From Terriglobia bacterium (lineage in GTDB: Bacteria; Acidobacteriota; Terriglobia; 20CM-2-55-15): 64,000 nt of DNA. The notes under the pieces are model-generated. The model had not been told where the DNA came from and searched no databases. It saw nothing but the letters and a program-made list of their open reading frames with translations. Positions 58,973-64,000 of the stretch are shown here, one piece after another. Location: contig CAXWPJ010000005.1 in NCBI GenBank assembly GCA_963664115.2, positions 32,001-96,000 on the forward strand, in the 5' to 3' direction. A program made the position numbers and the translations under genes. How positions within the stretch are numbered: the first letter of the stretch is position 1; each line of letters opens with the position of its first letter.

Positions 58973-60490
58973 TCAGTCCAAAGTTTCCCGCAGCTCTGCC
59001 TGGTTCTCCAATCGCTGTCGCGCGTAGTCGGCCGCGCTCTGAACCGTGGTGATCGTCGGAGTCAGCAGAATCACCATATCGGTCTTTCGGGTTTCCAACT
59101 CAACGCTCCTGAATAATTTTCCAATCAGTGGAATATCGCCGAGAATGGGTACCTTTGTCTCCGCCTTGAGCGTGCGGTCCGAGATGAATCCGGCAATGAA
59201 AATGGTGTCTCCTTCCCTGACCCGCAACACCGTATCGGTTTCACGTACATCGACGATAGGAACCGTGGTCCCATCAGGCGACGTCGCCTGTCCGGTACGT
59301 TCCGTGATGGTCGGATGAATGTTCATCGTGATAATCCCATCGGAGCTGATTTGCGGTGTCACGTCCAGGACGACACCTTCGTTGATCGTGGCCGGAGTCG
59401 TTGTCGTGGAAATGGTACGCCCGGTGTCCGGATCCAACTGACTCGTTGTCGTAAAGAACACGTCCTGCGTTCCGGTGCGGAACACGGCCGGCTGGTTGTT
59501 GAGCGTCGAGATACTGGAAGCTGAGAGGACGTTGACTTCTCCGCGTGTCGAAAGCGTTTGAATCAGGGCGTCGAAGTCGCCGTGAGTCACGTTGAAGTTG
59601 AAACCGTTCTGGATAGCCGACCCGAGACTCTGGGTCAGAGTCCCCGTTGTACCCAGGATCGCCGACCAATCAACACCGGCACGATAATTGTCATTGAGCT
59701 TCACCTCGATGATTCTGGCCTCAATCACAACCTGCCGGTTGACGGCGTTCTGTATCAGTTCCAGATACGTTCCTATCGCGTCCAGATAGGGCCTGTAATC
59801 GGTGACGAAGATCAGCCCGGCAAGTTTGTTGTAGATGATCCGGCCTTCGGGCGATATCAGTGTGGCCAGGTCCGTTTCGATATCAGTCAGGAGACTTGTG
59901 CTCTCCGTTCCTGAAATCGATGTGCTCGAATTGCCGCCCCCGCCGCCGCCAATGTTGGCCCCTCCAGTGCCCCCTGTGGTGCCCCCGCCTCCGGCCGAAG
60001 CGCTGGCCGAAAGAGACCGGCTGACCGTTCGTTCGGTTGTGATGTAGTCGAACTCGAAGGTTCGCGTTTCCAACTGGGGCATGTTCACTCTTAGGAGTTC
60101 CCCATCGATCTGATACTCCAATCCCCGTGGATCCAGAATCACCGCAAGCGCTTCTTCCAGGTTTACGCCGCGGAGGTCGGCGTCTACGGTGTCCGCGATG
60201 GCCGGATCCATCACAAGGCTCAGGCCGTTGGCCTGTGCCAGTGCATTGAGCACTTGACGGAGGTCCGCCGCGACCATGAGCACGTCGAAAGGGTTCGTTC
60301 CGGCATCCTGCTCCAGTTCGAGTTGCACGGCCGGAAGTTGCTGGCCCGGTCCCGGAACCCGATCCTGTACACCCGGAGTGGCCACGCTGGCAACCGCACC
60401 ACCGGGCGTCACGATCTGTGAAATGTTGAGCTCTCGCGGAAGCCCCGGCTGCTGTATGAAAAGTGCCAAAGCTATGGTCATCGCCTGCAT
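58973..60490 (-). CDS. Secretin (MshL-like)
   Basis: STN region, QVVIEARIIEV, GVVLDVTP, KVPILGDIPLIG. Confidence 0.92.
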   Translation of the reverse strand: MQAMTIALALFIQQPGLPRELNISQIVTPGGAVASVATPGVQDRVPGPGQQLPAVQLELEQDAGTNPFDVLMVAADLRQVLNALAQANGLSLVMDPAIADTVDADLRGVNLEEALAVILDPRGLEYQIDGELLRVNMPQLETRTFEFDYITTERTVSRSLSASASAGGGGTTGGTGGANIGGGGGGNSSTSISGTESTSLLTDIETDLATLISPEGRIIYNKLAGLIFVTDYRPYLDAIGTYLELIQNAVNRQVVIEARIIEVKLNDNYRAGVDWSAILGTTGTLTQSLGSAIQNGFNFNVTHGDFDALIQTLSTRGEVNVLSASSISTLNNQPAVFRTGTQDVFFTTTSQLDPDTGRTISTTTTPATINEGVVLDVTPQISSDGIITMNIHPTITERTGQATSPDGTTVPIVDVRETDTVLRVREGDTIFIAGFISDRTLKAETKVPILGDIPLIGKLFRSVELETRKTDMVILLTPTITTVQSAADYARQRLENQAELRETLD

Positions 60491-60507
60491 CGCTTACTCC
60501 CTCGGGG

Positions 60508-61146
60508 TTATCTGGGCGCCAGGATATCGGATCTGTTGATCCGCACCTGTCGGGTTTCACCGGCCCTTTCGAGTACGACCCCTTGATCGTTGATTTGGCT
60601 GACAGTCTCTTCCCCGAGCCGGTCCCCGAGCCGGACAACGCGGGAATCGACAACGGCCCAAGCACCCTCTTCACCTGCAACGATTACCGAAACCGTGTAT
60701 TGGGGCAGGACGCGTACCTGCTCGGGCAGTGGCGCCAGAATCGGTTCCGGCAGATTTATGATTTCCGGTATTAGTGGTTGCGGAGCCAGCGCCGCGATTT
60801 CCTCAGGGGTAAGGAAAGGATTTCGCCCCCATGCGCCTGCGGGCAGCACGGCTAGCTGTTCTGGCAGTGTTGCATCACCCACGATCGCCGGTGCGGGTGT
60901 CAGTCCGGCAGCTATTGTAAGTGGCGCAACTACTGCGGGTGTCAGTCCGGTAGCGATTGTTGGTGCCGCAACGGGTGCCGGTGCAAGTGCAGGCGGAGCG
61001 GTCGCTGCCCTCTGCCCGACCGTTTCAGCTTGCTGAGTCACGATCGGGGCTGTCGGCCGCGAGCGACGCACCTGTAGCGTGATTACACCGGATACAGCAA
61101 TGGCGCCCGCGAACAGAATGAGCATTTGTTTGGCTTTCTCGCTCAT
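60508..61146 (-). CDS. Pilus accessory protein (MshK/GspB-like)
   Basis: TM, Pro/Ala linker with a 42-bp imperfect repeat, RNPF, VRLGD. Confidence 0.7.
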   Translation of the reverse strand: MSEKAKQMLILFAGAIAVSGVITLQVRRSRPTAPIVTQQAETVGQRAATAPPALAPAPVAAPTIATGLTPAVVAPLTIAAGLTPAPAIVGDATLPEQLAVLPAGAWGRNPFLTPEEIAALAPQPLIPEIINLPEPILAPLPEQVRVLPQYTVSVIVAGEEGAWAVVDSRVVRLGDRLGEETVSQINDQGVVLERAGETRQVRINRSDILAPR

Positions 61147-61727
61147 GCCGCTGTCTCGCTTTGGTAGACACGGAAAGACATCGTCACGGAGATCGTCGAT
61201 GGCTGACGGGTCAGTTGTACAGAAACGAATTCCACGAGTCTGGGAAGATTCCCAACATCACGCACGAACTCTGCCACGTTGCGATAGTCCGCACTGAAAC
61301 CTACGGTGACGGTTATGTGCCGCAGAATTCCGACGGATTGCATCAAGGCTTGGTCCGGCGACAGTTCCGCGCCATCTGCGATCACGAATTCTTCAGTAGC
61401 CAGCTCGAAACGGCCCAACTGGTTCAAGGTTGCCAGCCGCGTCACGTCCTGAAGCAGAGCGGGAATTTCCGCGTCGGCCAAAAGCATGCTTGCCATAAGA
61501 TTTTGGTCTGTTGACCACCGGGCGCGTTCCTCATCTGTGGGGAGCACGATGGCTTCCGCTTGCCGCTCCATCCCGGCCAGTTCGTCCTGCCCTTCAGTTG
61601 CGGCCGCTTCCAGCTTTCCCATCTGCAATGTCAGCATGACGACACCCGCGATCGAGAGGACAATCGCAGCTCCGTAGCCAACAACATGCATGTCGAGTCC
61701 TTCTAGAGCTTTGATTTTAAAAGGCAT
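61143..61727 (-). CDS. PilO/MshJ-like protein
   Basis: TM plus ADYRNVAEFVRDVGNLPRLV. Confidence 0.75.
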   Translation of the reverse strand: MPFKIKALEGLDMHVVGYGAAIVLSIAGVVMLTLQMGKLEAAATEGQDELAGMERQAEAIVLPTDEERARWSTDQNLMASMLLADAEIPALLQDVTRLATLNQLGRFELATEEFVIADGAELSPDQALMQSVGILRHITVTVGFSADYRNVAEFVRDVGNLPRLVEFVSVQLTRQPSTISVTMSFRVYQSETAA

Positions 61728-63223
61728 CGAACCTCAAATGTGACGCGGCTTGCAATGACAGGGTTGAACGTCGAGTCCGCGTCCTCGGGAGCTTGCACGT
61801 CTTCGTACGTGACGTTCAAGGGTTTGCTCAGCTCGACGGACGTAAAATGCTCCAGGCTTCGAAGGTCGTCGAAAAAGCGCGAAAAATCGGCATTCGTTTG
61901 TCCCTGGGCTCCTCTGAGATAGCCGGTAACCACCAGAGCATTGGTATCACCACTTACGATCTGTATCGTTTCAAAAACGGCGGTGTCCGGGACGATAAGA
62001 CTCAAACTGCGTAGCGTTTCCTGCCAATCAACCTCTGACGCCATCCGGCCCATGAAGGAAGCACGTGTGCCGGCAAGACTGCGATCTGCGTCGCCGGCCG
62101 CTCCTTCAGACAGCACCGGCTCCAAGGCAACGATCGATGCGTCAATGTCCAGCTGCTGGGCCGTCAGTTGACGTGATCCGGTGACGTAGCGAATCCCGAA
62201 AAGCAGCAGGATACCCATGGCCAACATCGCGGCGATTTTGACCAGCTTCTTATACGCGGGTGGCCCTTCTTTCGTTCCCGCCTTTCCGGGAATCAGGTTC
62301 AGGCCTTCGTCGGTGGAAGCGCGCCACGCTACGCCGAAAGCCGGCGCCAGTGAAGGTATGTGGAAACGAAACTCCTCCCATTCGCCCTTGAATGCGGATG
62401 GGTCCAGATTGTCGTCGAATCGCAGGACGTTGGTCTCGATTCCCAGTTCTGATTTCACTTTGGAGACCATCGAGCCGATCATGTCGCTTTCTCCCGAAAA
62501 CAACATCTCGTCGATCTGGCCCTGGGGGAAATTCTGCCGGAAGTACAGCGTCGAGCGCTTGATTTCGGTCATCAAGCGATCGAACTGCTGCTCGGGTTCG
62601 ACATCCTTAAAACTGATGGGTATGTCACGGCAGAGCAGCATCGCGCCTTCTTGAATGAAGAGGACGTGAACACTGCCGACGCCGAAATGAACGATCGTCT
62701 TGACGACGTCGTTCTTCCAGTACCCGATGTGCTTGACCAGGTTAAGCAGTGCTTCACCGACGGTTGTAACCTTCTGGAGTTTGAGGTTGGAGCCGCCAAA
62801 GAATTCCTGGGCCTCAGTGACGATATTGGTTGCCGCAGTGACCAGCAGTATCTGGCGTTTCTTGATGCCAAGTTCTTCCTTGGCTCTCAGGATTTCGAAG
62901 TCAGAAAAGGTTTCAGTAACGCCCGCTGGAGCCGACTTCTTGGCCTCGCGCTGCATGACGAATCGAAGCTCTCTTCCCGACAGCGGCGGCAGGGTCAGCA
63001 ACCGATGTTCGACCTGCACGCCGTTCGAGGCCACCACTGCTTCTTTCGCCTCGAAGCCGCGTACCTGCAGTGTGTGGTTGAGCTGGTCCAACCTTCTTCC
63101 GGGGTCGATGGCGCGATTATCGATTATGGCGAAGTTGTAAACCTTCAGTCGCCGGCCATAACCCACCTCAACGAGCTTGATGCTCTCCGGCGAGAATTCG
63201 ATTCCGAGGACCCTGTTTGCCAT
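61703..63223 (-). CDS. PilM-PilN-like fusion (MshI/GspL-like)
   Basis: LGIEFSPESIKLVE actin-like start, LNLIP, TM, PilN-like periplasmic tail. Confidence 0.8.
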   Translation of the reverse strand: MANRVLGIEFSPESIKLVEVGYGRRLKVYNFAIIDNRAIDPGRRLDQLNHTLQVRGFEAKEAVVASNGVQVEHRLLTLPPLSGRELRFVMQREAKKSAPAGVTETFSDFEILRAKEELGIKKRQILLVTAATNIVTEAQEFFGGSNLKLQKVTTVGEALLNLVKHIGYWKNDVVKTIVHFGVGSVHVLFIQEGAMLLCRDIPISFKDVEPEQQFDRLMTEIKRSTLYFRQNFPQGQIDEMLFSGESDMIGSMVSKVKSELGIETNVLRFDDNLDPSAFKGEWEEFRFHIPSLAPAFGVAWRASTDEGLNLIPGKAGTKEGPPAYKKLVKIAAMLAMGILLLFGIRYVTGSRQLTAQQLDIDASIVALEPVLSEGAAGDADRSLAGTRASFMGRMASEVDWQETLRSLSLIVPDTAVFETIQIVSGDTNALVVTGYLRGAQGQTNADFSRFFDDLRSLEHFTSVELSKPLNVTYEDVQAPEDADSTFNPVIASRVTFEVRCLLKSKL

Positions 63224-63226
63224 AAG

Positions 63227-64000
63227 CTAGCCTTGAAAGCTCTGCATCATCTGGTAGAGCGGTAGATAGATTGCAAGAGCCACTGTCAACACTACACAAG
63301 CGAGAAACACGTAGAGCAAGGGTTCCATCGTTGCAAACACGCGCTTGATCGTGGCTGGAATTTCTTTATCGTAGTAAACGCAGATCCTCGCCAGGGAAGT
63401 ATCCAATTGGCCACTGGTTTCTCCAACTCGAAATACCCGAATTACCATTGGCGGATGGCCCGTGGCCGTCAGCGATTTCGCGATCGATTCTCCAGCCCGT
63501 ATCTCGTTCCGAATCACAGCTGTCGCGTTACCCAGGACCCGGTTGCCAACCACCGTTTGGAGAATCTGAAGGGTTTGGGAAATATCGACGCCGGCGTTGA
63601 AAAGGATCTGGAAAAAATGGCAGAAGCGGGACAAGGCGATGTCACGCACGAGCACACCAAAAATTGGAATCTTGAGCATCCATCCATCGATTCGGAGTTC
63701 GCCTGCATCGGTGCGACGCCAGAAAAAGAATCCGAAGCCAATCATGACGACCATGCCGATGAGCAGCCACCAGTAACCCACCAGTAATTCGCTTAATGTG
63801 AACAGGATCTGAGTCGGCAAGGGCATGGGGCCGCGTGCCTGGCTGAGAACGTTTGAAAACTGGGGGAACACGACAGTCGCGAGCAGGACCACCAGTCCTC
63901 CTACAGCGGAAAGCACCATGATCGGGTAGATCAATGCCTGAGTGATGTCTCTCCGGAGGTCTCCCTTCCACTCCAGGAAATTTGCGAGATCAGCCAGAAC
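63227..64000 (-). CDS. PilC/GspF/MshG platform protein, 5'-truncated by the window edge
   Basis: ALIYP, LPLPT-like motif, GETSGQLD, MEP, YLPLY. Confidence 0.92.
   Translation of the reverse strand, partial: VLADLANFLEWKGDLRRDITQALIYPIMVLSAVGGLVVLLATVVFPQFSNVLSQARGPMPLPTQILFTLSELLVGYWWLLIGMVVMIGFGFFFWRRTDAGELRIDGWMLKIPIFGVLVRDIALSRFCHFFQILFNAGVDISQTLQILQTVVGNRVLGNATAVIRNEIRAGESIAKSLTATGHPPMVIRVFRVGETSGQLDTSLARICVYYDKEIPATIKRVFATMEPLLYVFLACVVLTVALAIYLPLYQMMQSFQG

Overview
GC-rich bacterial DNA, most consistent with an Acidobacteriota genome (inferred from the kinase-PD40 paralogues, the WYCSEPRL-type tyrosine recombinase, and DUF5916 and LVIVD proteins). There are three parts. (1) About 340-31800 is an accessory island ending at the 3' end of tRNA-Lys(CTT). 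It is organised around a tyrosine recombinase (20189-21139) and seven copies of a 38-bp four-box imperfect palindrome that delimit gene cassettes. Stubs of a Ser/Thr kinase gene frame the cassettes. One site is split by a group II intron and another by an IS1111-type IS110 whose non-coding RNA carries sequences matching the site. Two cassettes carry paralogous beta-propeller genes with the same in-frame TGA and a conserved downstream hairpin (selenoprotein or readthrough candidates). IS1380, IS256, IS630, IS6 and IS3 elements and an IS1-like remnant are also present. (2) About 31800-41100 holds housekeeping genes (polX, queG, hom, PilZ, response regulator). (3) About 41200-64000 is an MSHA/T2SS-like pilus locus with eight GspG-like pilin genes (three disrupted), sigma54 promoters, a PilS/PilR-like pair and a cyclase-kinase-receiver fusion. 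Several stretches (about 640-960, 8580-9500, 11940-12300) look like low-quality or chimeric assembly consensus. All calls come from reading motifs by eye; no database search was run.
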